DNA of 64,000 nucleotides from positions 10,498 to 74,497 of the forward strand of contig DFKW01000003.1 of the NCBI GenBank assembly GCA_002373935.1, read 5' to 3'. The position numbers and the translations under genes were made by a program. This stretch comes from Alphaproteobacteria bacterium UBA3635 (GTDB lineage: Bacteria; Pseudomonadota; Alphaproteobacteria; Rs-D84). Each line of letters starts with the position of its first letter. Position 1 is the first letter of the stretch. The notes beneath the pieces are model-generated. The model saw nothing but the letters and a program-made list of their open reading frames with translations. It ran no database searches and was not told where the DNA came from. Below, piece after piece: positions 18,452 through 27,388 of the stretch.

Positions 18452-19549
18452 TTGTCATCAAACCATAAATTTTTACCGGTTTTCTGGACATTTGCGATAC
18501 TGTGCATGGCGACACAAACACACGCCGCACCGGCACCTTTTTCGCAATATGGCCTGATTCAAAACGCCCAAAACTATTCATCCAACCCATTTTATACACC
18601 CGGCACATATACCGCATCGTATCCAAAAATCGTATATAATTCTGGTCCGGCGCTGAAACCCGCCGATTGCCAGGTCACTGTTGCCGCACTGGTGCAAAAT
18701 ATATGTGCCACACATAACAATTGTCGAAATATGAATTTATCGGATGTTCGCCCGGAAATCATGGTCGCATTATCGAAATTACCGGTATATAATTACGCAT
18801 CCAGTTGCGCCGGCTATATTGATGGCGAATATCAAAAATATATAAATCCAAATTCAAATACAACGGCGGCGGAATCGGCGCGGCGTATTATGCCAACGAT
18901 AAATGCGACCCCAACCGCGACCGAAACCGCTTTTCCAACCGGCACACCAATTGCGACATCAACAAAAAAACAGACCGAATATGAAACCCGTGCGGCGGAA
19001 TTGAAATCTCTGCAATCTCAAACCCAAACATCGACCGACAATATCACGGCCGCGGCATTTCCGAAAACATTTGACGATTTATCTTTTGAACAAAAAAATG
19101 ATATTAAACGCGCCGGATATGAACCATATAAAAATGCCCAAACATATGTTCCATTGAAGGTCGAACGCGATGATAAATTATACCACAGTGCGACCGACGC
19201 CCTGTGTGACGAAATTGCATCCGTCCGCACATGTATTGCAAAATATGGTGCCGATGAAGAGGCCGCCGAAACAATGATGTTTAACGAGGCCGGACGTCAA
19301 ATCGACGGTTCCGGCAACCAAACCGCCGAAGAATTTATAAACACCAAAATGAGTACCTATGGCACCGCCCTGGGCGAGGCACTGGAATCCCCGTGCACAT
19401 GCACGCGCAATTCGCGTTTTCGTGATGAAATATTACACATCATGGGCATAAACGCATGCGACGAAGAATTCGAAAAACACAAAGACGAAATAAAAAACAG
19501 ATACTTTGAGGAATTAAAACAAACATTTCGCACAATGGGGATGAATTAA
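18452..19549 (+). CDS. Secreted hypothetical protein (365 aa)
   Basis: TTG start 7 nt after AAGGGAG. The signal peptide is FLPVFWTFAILCMATQTHA-AP. There are several Cys pairs. No family recognised. Confidence 0.6.
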   Translation: MSSNHKFLPVFWTFAILCMATQTHAAPAPFSQYGLIQNAQNYSSNPFYTPGTYTASYPKIVYNSGPALKPADCQVTVAALVQNICATHNNCRNMNLSDVRPEIMVALSKLPVYNYASSCAGYIDGEYQKYINPNSNTTAAESARRIMPTINATPTATETAFPTGTPIATSTKKQTEYETRAAELKSLQSQTQTSTDNITAAAFPKTFDDLSFEQKNDIKRAGYEPYKNAQTYVPLKVERDDKLYHSATDALCDEIASVRTCIAKYGADEEAAETMMFNEAGRQIDGSGNQTAEEFINTKMSTYGTALGEALESPCTCTRNSRFRDEILHIMGINACDEEFEKHKDEIKNRYFEELKQTFRTMGMN

Positions 19550-19551
19550 AA

Positions 19552-20346
19552 ATGAAAAAAATATTTATGATTTTTTGTTGTGTTTGCATACTTGAAATAG
19601 TGCCTCGCACATGTTTTTCGATTGACTTATCAATGTCTGACCTTTTAACTTTAAGCGATGATGGTTATCACAATCGTGGCAGATGTACCATTCAAACAAA
19701 ATGCGAATCAGATGAAGAATATATACATACAAATGGCAAATGTTACATATCAGACGACGATGGTGGTGACACCTTTTGTGAAGATCAAGCTGTATGTATC
19801 CTAGGACGCACAGAAGAAAAAGAACACAGTAAAATCGATATAAACAGATGCTGGTATGCGATTACCGACGGCGACGATTATTGGTTGCTTATTGACAACA
19901 AGATACCTGACTGCCAAAAATATCCAAAAGCTCCAAATAAATATCCTGTTTTTTTAACAAATGATAATAAAATATTAAGTGATAACACCGGCAAAATAGC
20001 AAAATCTATTGTATCATCACAAAATTCTCGTTTGTGGCTGTTCGAGCAAAGGATTTCAAAGGAAGGATTTGAAAACCTAATGAACGAATACAATATTAAA
20101 TGCATTGCATATATTTCTGATAGCGATTTACCAAACAATGTATCCAGCGACGACGGTTCCGGTAACGGTCCCGGTGATGAACCTGATGATGGTGATAATT
20201 CTGGCGGCAGTGGTTCTGGGGATGAAACATCCGGTGGGGGCACCGCGCAACCCACACAACCCGACGATAAAAAAATCCATCGGCACACGGTTCAAACGTG
20301 GCTGGACGCATTGGATGCATATCGCGCCACATGTAAAAAACAATGA
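19552..20346 (+). CDS. Secreted Cys-rich hypothetical protein with G/D/S-rich tail (264 aa)
   Basis: The start lies 2 nt after the upstream stop. The signal peptide is MKKIFMIFCCVCILEIVPRTCFS. The first ~500 nt are visibly CpG-poor relative to neighbours. Confidence 0.65.
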   Translation: MKKIFMIFCCVCILEIVPRTCFSIDLSMSDLLTLSDDGYHNRGRCTIQTKCESDEEYIHTNGKCYISDDDGGDTFCEDQAVCILGRTEEKEHSKIDINRCWYAITDGDDYWLLIDNKIPDCQKYPKAPNKYPVFLTNDNKILSDNTGKIAKSIVSSQNSRLWLFEQRISKEGFENLMNEYNIKCIAYISDSDLPNNVSSDDGSGNGPGDEPDDGDNSGGSGSGDETSGGGTAQPTQPDDKKIHRHTVQTWLDALDAYRATCKKQ

Positions 20347-23291
20347 TAAAAAAAATTGTATGTGTTTTAATAATTTTATTTGCGCCATTTGTGGCACATG
20401 CCGCCGACACATATTCGGTTGACGAATTATTACAACGCAACCCCGATAACACAAAATGCGCAACCGCGGTTTTTGCCGATGCATTACGCGCAACAGTTGA
20501 CACACTAAAAAACACCGGCAGCCCCGATGAACAGGCACCACAAGATGCCGACGGTTCCGAAATCGATACATGGATTCATTTGGCGTTTTCTATGCCGGCA
20601 ACATTAAACAAAATCTTGGAATGCCCCGAGGTTAAAAATGCCGCCGACAATGATACTATTGTTTTTGAAACGGTATCTTATACATTTCCAAATGGCCGCA
20701 CAATTGATATAAATTACGAAACACAAAAATCTGTATTAAAACAAAAATTATTATTGGCAACGAAACCAAAACTGGCAACCGACGACATCAGTCCCAATAT
20801 CGTGGCGGATGCCGAAAAAGGCACGGTGTGGGTAAATGTTGACCCGGCATGGTATGCGATTTTGGTGACCGAACATGGGGCGCTATCCGACTATGTTGGA
20901 CCGGACAAAACAAATATTGTTGCATTGCGTTATTTGACGGATAACATAAAATCATTATATCCTCGCAACCGCCGATGCACATCGCGTTCTGCGATTGCCG
21001 GCGATGGCGACATGATAAATCGCGCGGTCACACGCACGGTTGGCGGCGGACTGCCACGCGACGAAAACCAAACAGATGCCGAACGCGAACAGGCCGACAT
21101 CGCCGAAAGCAACGATTATTACGTCTATGGCGATGCAGATTTACGATGGATTACCGCACTGGAGGTTGCCGCCGATGTTGTTTTAACCGTCGTAACATTT
21201 GGCGGTTATGAAATTGTGAACGGCACATTAAAATTCGCCCGTGCAACACGCGCATTTAACAAATCGCGAACTGCATTAAAAACACTGCGCACATCAAACG
21301 ATGTTATGCGTTGGATAAAATCATCCGCACGTGCCGACGATGTTGCACGTGCCATAAAATACGCCGAACGCGCCGACGATGCATATTCCACAATTGCTGG
21401 CATCAATCGCACGGCGCAACAAACATTAAAACAAACATCGCGTAAATTGGAACTGTTACGGGCGCGCAATGCCGATAAAAAAACAATTCGCACCGTGGAA
21501 TCTGAATTGGAAAGTGTCACAAAACAGGCCGCCGCCGCCGAACGCGCCGCTGCCACGGCTGAAAAAATTAAATCCGCAGAAACAGCAATCAAAAACGTGT
21601 CCAACACGGAAAAAACCATCGCAAATATGGAAAAAGAAATCAAAAATATTGAAAACAATATGAAAACATTGAAAAAAAACAGTCAACTGTATCGTAATCA
21701 ACAATCACAATTGACAAAAATAAAAAACAATTTGAACGGGGCAAAATCACAATTAAAAAACGTCCAAAAAACGGCAGAACAAGCAAAAACAGAAATCGCA
21801 GATTTGAAACAAACATACATCACAGAATTGACAGAATTACAAAAAACACACGCGTCTGAATTGACTGCACTGGAAAAATTGGACGATGTCAAAGATTACC
21901 GTGATTTATTAAACGCAAAACGCGAATTGGCACATACCGCATATTTATTACGCCAGGGCAAGGTTGCATGGCGCGCCAATCGTGGATTATTACCGGTACG
22001 CGCGTATCGTGCGGCACGCGCCACACGCGCGGGATTAAAAAGTGCAAAAAATATGGACCGCGCCGTAAAAACCGTTCGTGCCAACACCAGTGGCGCCGCC
22101 GCCAAGGTCAACGATTGGTTGTTCCACAGTACCATGAAAAACATCACCGCAATTTCCAAGGTTCCCGCCGCAATCAGTGGATTGAACATCGCAGTAAAAG
22201 TTGTGGGCGATATGTATGATGTCACCGATGTTTCAACCGGCGATTACACTAACAATATTGATATAGAACCATTTTTATTACTGGCCGCGGATAATTTACC
22301 GGGATTTGAAAACATTGTCAATCACGGTATGTGGTTATTCTGGGCCGGGTCATCAACATCCGCCAACGATGATGATGCCGCATTTTTACAGGCCATGAGT
22401 TTTGCCGAAAAATTTCACCAAGACCTGGTCGATGTCCAAGACGAGGCCGGCATTGCCGCATGCAATGTTGATATATATGTTGTGCGCCCAATTATCCGAA
22501 ATCCCGGCACAGACAACCAAGAATTATATTACCTGTTCATGAACGATGTTCCATGGACAACAAATGGATATAATGAAACAACAGCAAACAAACAATTGAA
22601 CACAAACGAAATCGAAAACAATGGCAATGTGACATCCTATATAAACATTGATGCCACCGGTGGCATATCCGGTACATCAAAAAACCTGAAATGGACCGAA
22701 CCACCATATGATGGGTCAAGAATAGGCATGGCTTGCACAAAACCATCGTCATCCGGCGGAACATTTAAATCTGATATTTTAACCACGGGGCGTTATGCGT
22801 CCGTATCGCCCGCATTTGAAAAGGCAATGATTACAAAATTTCGAACCGAGGGCGGGTGTGGGGCACACCCCGAAGATCCCGGCGGATACACATGTTTTGG
22901 CGTATCATCCCGATTTTTTCCTGCGGCAAAGCGTCCCGGTTTTTCCCGTGCCAATGCCGAAGACATTGCGTATAACAGTTTCTGGAAAAAGCACAACATC
23001 GACAAATTACCCGACGCAATCAGTGGCGATGTTTTTATGGCATTATGGGGCACCGGCAGCAAGAAAAACTCCATCGGTTTACTGCAAGATTTGTTAGGTG
23101 TGAAAAAAACAGGCATCGTTGACAATGCCACCATCACCGCCGCAAAAAATTATACCGGTTCGGATTTGCGCACACGATTTTTGGACCGGCGCGAGGCACA
23201 ATTTCGCCAAGGCAAAAAAACATTTCGTCGCGGTTGGTTAAACGGATTAAACCTGTATCGCGCCAATGGTTGCCACACAATCGCCGAATAA
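20343..23291 (+). CDS. Large secreted coiled-coil protein with C-terminal GH108-like muramidase and PG_binding_3-like module (982 aa)
   Basis: ATGA start/stop overlap with the upstream gene. The signal peptide is MIKKIVCVLIILFAPFVAHA. The central region is K/A/E/T-rich coiled coil. The C-terminus (TEGGCGAHPEDPGGYTCFGV...LQDLLGVKKTGIVDNATITA) matches the GH108 EGG..D.GG.T..G pattern plus the PG-binding pattern. Confidence 0.75.
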   Translation: MIKKIVCVLIILFAPFVAHAADTYSVDELLQRNPDNTKCATAVFADALRATVDTLKNTGSPDEQAPQDADGSEIDTWIHLAFSMPATLNKILECPEVKNAADNDTIVFETVSYTFPNGRTIDINYETQKSVLKQKLLLATKPKLATDDISPNIVADAEKGTVWVNVDPAWYAILVTEHGALSDYVGPDKTNIVALRYLTDNIKSLYPRNRRCTSRSAIAGDGDMINRAVTRTVGGGLPRDENQTDAEREQADIAESNDYYVYGDADLRWITALEVAADVVLTVVTFGGYEIVNGTLKFARATRAFNKSRTALKTLRTSNDVMRWIKSSARADDVARAIKYAERADDAYSTIAGINRTAQQTLKQTSRKLELLRARNADKKTIRTVESELESVTKQAAAAERAAATAEKIKSAETAIKNVSNTEKTIANMEKEIKNIENNMKTLKKNSQLYRNQQSQLTKIKNNLNGAKSQLKNVQKTAEQAKTEIADLKQTYITELTELQKTHASELTALEKLDDVKDYRDLLNAKRELAHTAYLLRQGKVAWRANRGLLPVRAYRAARATRAGLKSAKNMDRAVKTVRANTSGAAAKVNDWLFHSTMKNITAISKVPAAISGLNIAVKVVGDMYDVTDVSTGDYTNNIDIEPFLLLAADNLPGFENIVNHGMWLFWAGSSTSANDDDAAFLQAMSFAEKFHQDLVDVQDEAGIAACNVDIYVVRPIIRNPGTDNQELYYLFMNDVPWTTNGYNETTANKQLNTNEIENNGNVTSYINIDATGGISGTSKNLKWTEPPYDGSRIGMACTKPSSSGGTFKSDILTTGRYASVSPAFEKAMITKFRTEGGCGAHPEDPGGYTCFGVSSRFFPAAKRPGFSRANAEDIAYNSFWKKHNIDKLPDAISGDVFMALWGTGSKKNSIGLLQDLLGVKKTGIVDNATITAAKNYTGSDLRTRFLDRREAQFRQGKKTFRRGWLNGLNLYRANGCHTIAE

Positions 23292-23354
23292 AAACCTTGT
23301 TGATTTAATATGCAAATTTGTTTTATAATAAACCCAAGAGGTCAGGGGAAATTT

Positions 23355-23657
23355 ATGAAAAAAATATTTGTTTTTTTATTTGCGCTTTTAATATGTCGCA
23401 ACACATTTGCGTATCAAAAAATATCATCGAACGAATTTGGTGTGGGCGATGCCCGTAACCAAAACATTGTCGTAAAATGCACAACCCCGACGGGCGGGAT
23501 ATCTGACGAAAAATGCGCATTACGTCGATATGCAAAATGCATAAATAATAATTGCACAACATGGGGTGCGTGGCGTGATTTGCGCAACACCACATCCAAC
23601 TATCAAACATGGCAAGATGCGGCAAACGCATGCTGTCGCAAAAAGGGATTAAGATAA
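23355..23657 (+). CDS. Small secreted Cys-rich protein (100 aa)
   Basis: The ORF is trimmed to the ATG after AGAGGTCAGGGG. The signal peptide is MKKIFVFLFALLICRNTFA. The mature part has 7 Cys. Confidence 0.6.
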   Translation: MKKIFVFLFALLICRNTFAYQKISSNEFGVGDARNQNIVVKCTTPTGGISDEKCALRRYAKCINNNCTTWGAWRDLRNTTSNYQTWQDAANACCRKKGLR

Positions 23658-23668
23658 AAAACAAAAAA

Positions 23669-23695
23669 ACACCGCCCAATTGCGGTATTTTTTTT
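23669..23695 (+). terminator. Rho-independent terminator
   Basis: ACCGC-CCAATT-GCGGT followed by ATTTTTTTT. Confidence 0.6.
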
Positions 23696-23781
23696 AATTC
23701 ATAAAATCTCACAAAAAATACGGTTCTGCCACCCGAAGCTTTAGCGAAATGTGGCCTGCCACCCAAAGATTTAGCGAAGGG

Positions 23782-23858
23782 TGGTGGATGAGAGCGGACT
23801 CGAACCGCTGACCTCTTCGATGTGAACGAAGCGCTCTAACCAACTGAGCTACACATCC
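23782..23858 (-). tRNA. tRNA-Val (anticodon CAC)
   Basis: The anticodon arm is CTTCG-TTCACAT-CGAAG and the T-loop is TTCGAGT. CCA is encoded. There is one U-U mismatch in the acceptor stem. Confidence 0.82.
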
Positions 23859-23935
23859 AAATAAACGACCTGCCATCAGAAATCTACAAGGCGAAGATTT
23901 TGTGGCCTGCCACCCGAAACCCACAGGGCGAAGGG

Positions 23936-24022
23936 TGGTGGGGATAGTGGGACTTGAACCCACACGATCGCAATGATCAAAGGATTTTAAGTCCTCAGCG
24001 TCTACCATTCCGCCATATCCCC
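23936..24022 (-). tRNA. tRNA-Leu (anticodon UAA)
   Basis: Type II tRNA with a long variable arm. The anticodon arm is GAGGA-CTTAAAA-TCCTT and the acceptor is GGGGATA/TATCCCC. CCA is encoded. Confidence 0.88.
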
Positions 24023-24108
24023 AGGACTTTTTGTATTATTTTTGCCACGCTTTTGATGACCCGCTACCAATAAATTGGTGGCCTGCCACCCGAAGCTTTA
24101 GCGAAGGG

Positions 24109-24184
24109 TGGTGGAGCTGATGGGACTCAAACCCACGACCTCTACGATGCGAACGTAGCGCTCTATCAACTGAGCTACAACCCC
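24109..24184 (-). tRNA. tRNA-Ala (anticodon CGC)
   Basis: The anticodon arm is CTACG-TTCGCAT-CGTAG. The G3:U70 identity pair is present in the acceptor stem GGGGTTG/CAGCTCC. CCA is encoded. Confidence 0.9.
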
Positions 24185-24289
24185 AGAACTTTTTTTCAAC
24201 TATCGCGGCTTTGCCTGACGCAAAGACACATGCTTGCCAGCCGAAGCATTGGCGAAATGTGGCCTGCCACCCGAAGCATTGGCGAAGGG

Positions 24290-24374
24290 TGGTGGGCATA
24301 AGAAGACTCGAACTTCCATGGGTTGCCCCACCAGTACCTGAAACTGGCGCGTCTACCAATTCCGCCATATGCCC
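24290..24374 (-). tRNA. tRNA-Leu (anticodon CAG)
   Basis: Type II tRNA. The anticodon arm is CCAGT-TTCAGGT-ACTGG and the acceptor is GGGCATA/TATGCCC. CCA is encoded. Confidence 0.9.
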
Positions 24375-24557
24375 ATAAAACTCGTATGCTGCCATATGCC
24401 CCGCGCATACAAATGCGTTGCACATAATAACCTATTGCAACAAAAAAATCAACACTTTTTTATAATTTTTTTTATAAAACTTGGCAACTTATTATGAAAA
24501 AACAATGATAATTTGCTTGCCACGGTTTTCTGAAATTTGCTAAAATTTTTATCAGAT

Positions 24558-27335
24558 ATGAGAAGGATTGGAATAACACTGGTTTTCTGCTTGGTTTTCG
24601 TAACGGGCGGCATCGCCGCATCGCGCGTGCAGAACACGTCCCCAACAATGCGGGCGGCAACCACCACACAACGTGTAAAAACAAAAACTGTCGCATCACG
24701 TCCATCTGTGCGTGTTGCAACACAAAAAACAACCGGACGCGCCACATTACCTCAAACAAACACCACCGCCACACGCGCAACATCCCAACGGGGAACCAGC
24801 ACTGCACGCGCGGCAAATATTGCACGCGCCACGACCGACACACGCACGGGTGCCGAATACGAACAATGCAAAACCGCATATTTCGCGTGTATGGACCAAT
24901 TTTGCCAATTAAAGAACGACGAATATCGCCGCTGTTCATGCAGTGACCGCATAACATCATTGCAATCCGCGCGCGACAATCTGATACGCGCGGGCGAACA
25001 ATTGACGGCATTTAATGAAAACCTGGACATTGTGGGCAAAACCGCGGCCCAGGCCACGGCCATGAACACCGCATCCGACGGCGAATTGGCACTGATGCGC
25101 GACAAATCTGCATCCGCCGCATTATTGACCGCAATTATGAATTCCATCCGTGGTGACAACAGTCGCGTTGAAAACAACCAACTGTCTGATTTGAACAGTA
25201 TTGATTTATCTTTCGATGTCGCCAATTCTTTTGGCACCGCGGGCATCGGTCAAACCGTTGCGGCATATAACGGGCGCGCATTATATTCGGCGGTGTATCC
25301 ACAATGTCGCACGGCGGTCGCCACAAATTGTAATAACGCATCATTACAACGTGCGGTGAACGCATATTTAATGGCAATTGAACAAGATTGCAACACGGTT
25401 CAAACCGCCATCAACACAAAACAAAAGGAAACACACGCGGCAATCCGTGAAAGTGGTGCAATGCTGGATATGGCGCGCGCCGACAATCATCGCGCACATA
25501 ACTCTGACGATATCGCGACATGTATTGCAAACATTGAATCCGCCATACTCAGTGAAGAAGTTTGTGGCGCAAATTATCATAAATGCCTGGACAATGGTGA
25601 ATACATTGATGTTTCAACCGGCGCACCAATTGCTGGCGTGGTGGACTTCTATAAATTGGGAACAATGCTGACGTTCAGTGCGGGTCGCAACAACGCCGAA
25701 CAAAAATTGGCACAAAACCCAAACAACCGAACATTCGTCACGAACTTTGAAAAACGCGTCAAACAATTTGCCGAACCTGCATTGAACAAATGTTATGACG
25801 ACGCGGACACTGCATGGACCGATTATTTGAACAAGGCATTATTGGACATTTATTACGCCCAACAATCCAAGGTTGATGAAATAAAGCAGGGATGTTTTGA
25901 TTTTGTATCCGCGTGTTATATGAATGGATCAACCGCAATGACCAATGCAATGCAGGGCCTGGTTGCCGCACAAACAACCGTATTAAATCCAAATATATTA
26001 AATTTAAATCGCAGTTTATGTTCTGATTATATTGCGTCTTGCAATAATATGTTTGACGGCAATATTGTCCAAGATTACATTGCACATCGTCACGACACGG
26101 ATTCTTTGACCGCATGTCGCGCCGTTGTCCAACAATGCTTTGACAATTATGGCGGTCAAAATTACGAAAACTTTTACAACCCATCCAGTGGCCTGTTCGC
26201 ATCGGGCGATGCCCCAAAATGGTTTTCGTTATATGAATACGACGATGCTGGCAATAAAAAATCCGGATATGTATCCGAATGCGCAAAACAGTTGGCACAA
26301 ATCGACGCGTGCGCGGACAATATAGAAAAAGTTTTCGGTGGGTTTGATTATTACCCGACGGCCGGCATTTATGATAAATACAAATATAACGAACAACCAC
26401 GTGTATTACGTTCAACCGGTATCGCGACCGAGGTTTATAACCAAATCATCGACATATTACAAACCGGATGTGGCAACCTGGACGGAACATTTATGAATGT
26501 CCAAAACCTTGGACTATACAGTGCAAATTACAACAGCAATTCTTTTTGCACCGCAACATTTAACAACGAATCCAGTCGGTATTACCACCTGTACACAGAT
26601 TACAGTATTGGCAAAGAAGTAACATCTGTTGCCACCATCGGTCGCAAGTTATCTTTGGCAAGTGGACCAGGTCTGCAACCCGTAATATCATCCGGAACAA
26701 ATACAGGCGCCAATTTATCAATATGGCCCATTGAACAAACAACAAATACATACCCAGAAAACATGTGCCCACGTGATTATAATGCAAATGTTGATGTTCA
26801 ATCATGGGGCGCGTGCCTGTGTTGGGAAAACGGTGGCCGCCGCAGCAACAACGGCACCACAACGCGTTGTGTTGCAACGTTCCCGGCACAACCGTTGGTA
26901 AATTATCTGATTTCCAATACCATTGAACAAATAACAACCCCCGGATTAAACAACGAATGTTCTATTTCCGATACAAACACAAATAATTGGTATGTGACAA
27001 ATGCCAGCAACCCACAAAACCTGACACGAACAAACATGTTTATCAAATGGCCATACAGTGGAAATATTGCATCACCAACCGAACAAGATTGGTGCAACGC
27101 AAACATCAACAACAAAAACCAGGTCTGTCCATTTGGTGTCCATGTTGATACGAACGGCAATTGCAAGGAATGTCCCGAAAACTGGTTGGAATCAAATGGT
27201 ATCTGTTGTCCATCCGATTACACATACGATGGCAGCACACAAAAATGCACCAAAACAGAAAATGGCACCACATTGACCGTACCGGCACAAAAAACATCAT
27301 CTGAACTTATGGGCAATAATTTTCCTGATGGCTAA
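24558..27335 (+). CDS. Large secreted Cys-rich protein (925 aa) with T/R-rich N-terminal tract and C-terminal CxxCPEN module
   Basis: The ATG at 24558 gives the signal peptide MRRIGITLVFCLVFVTGGIAAS. There are many conserved Cys. The C-terminus is CPFGVHVDTNGNCKECPENWLESNGICCPSDY. No family recognised. Confidence 0.75.
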   Translation: MRRIGITLVFCLVFVTGGIAASRVQNTSPTMRAATTTQRVKTKTVASRPSVRVATQKTTGRATLPQTNTTATRATSQRGTSTARAANIARATTDTRTGAEYEQCKTAYFACMDQFCQLKNDEYRRCSCSDRITSLQSARDNLIRAGEQLTAFNENLDIVGKTAAQATAMNTASDGELALMRDKSASAALLTAIMNSIRGDNSRVENNQLSDLNSIDLSFDVANSFGTAGIGQTVAAYNGRALYSAVYPQCRTAVATNCNNASLQRAVNAYLMAIEQDCNTVQTAINTKQKETHAAIRESGAMLDMARADNHRAHNSDDIATCIANIESAILSEEVCGANYHKCLDNGEYIDVSTGAPIAGVVDFYKLGTMLTFSAGRNNAEQKLAQNPNNRTFVTNFEKRVKQFAEPALNKCYDDADTAWTDYLNKALLDIYYAQQSKVDEIKQGCFDFVSACYMNGSTAMTNAMQGLVAAQTTVLNPNILNLNRSLCSDYIASCNNMFDGNIVQDYIAHRHDTDSLTACRAVVQQCFDNYGGQNYENFYNPSSGLFASGDAPKWFSLYEYDDAGNKKSGYVSECAKQLAQIDACADNIEKVFGGFDYYPTAGIYDKYKYNEQPRVLRSTGIATEVYNQIIDILQTGCGNLDGTFMNVQNLGLYSANYNSNSFCTATFNNESSRYYHLYTDYSIGKEVTSVATIGRKLSLASGPGLQPVISSGTNTGANLSIWPIEQTTNTYPENMCPRDYNANVDVQSWGACLCWENGGRRSNNGTTTRCVATFPAQPLVNYLISNTIEQITTPGLNNECSISDTNTNNWYVTNASNPQNLTRTNMFIKWPYSGNIASPTEQDWCNANINNKNQVCPFGVHVDTNGNCKECPENWLESNGICCPSDYTYDGSTQKCTKTENGTTLTVPAQKTSSELMGNNFPDG

Positions 27336-27364
27336 ACGGGCGGGGCATATTTATAAAAAAAACA

Positions 27365-27388
27365 ACGGCGATTTTCTCGCCGTTTTTT
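27365..27388. terminator. Bidirectional terminator between the 925-aa gene and lpxB
   Basis: ACGGCGA-TTTTC-TCGCCGT followed by TTTTT and preceded by an A-run. Confidence 0.65.

Larger units (their letters stand above)
23726..24292 (-). repeat. Family of ~30-nt hairpin repeats (7 copies) abutting the 3' end of each tRNA in the cluster
   Basis: The plus-strand consensus is CCTGCCACCCGAAGC(T/A)TT(A/G)GCGAAGGGTGG. Copies lie at 23726-23754, 23756-23785, 23869-23904 (degenerate), 23906-23938, 24082-24111, 24232-24261 and 24263-24292. The GGGTGG arm overlaps the tRNA ..CCACCA end. Confidence 0.85.

Noticed and set aside
18452-18560. The first secreted protein of the cluster as an Flp-type prepilin substrate of the adjacent A24 peptidase (QYGLI resembles EYGLI).
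   Set aside because: It has an ordinary Sec-type signal peptide. There is no G/XXXXEY cleavage context followed by a hydrophobic helix, and at 365 aa the protein is far larger than Flp pilins.
23709-24425. ORFs 23709-24008, 24036-24425 and 24196-24423 (minus strand) with recurring LRVAGH/GWQA peptides.
   Set aside because: They run straight through four tRNA genes and the 30-nt trailer repeats. The repeated peptides are just translations of the repeat, so these are not coding.
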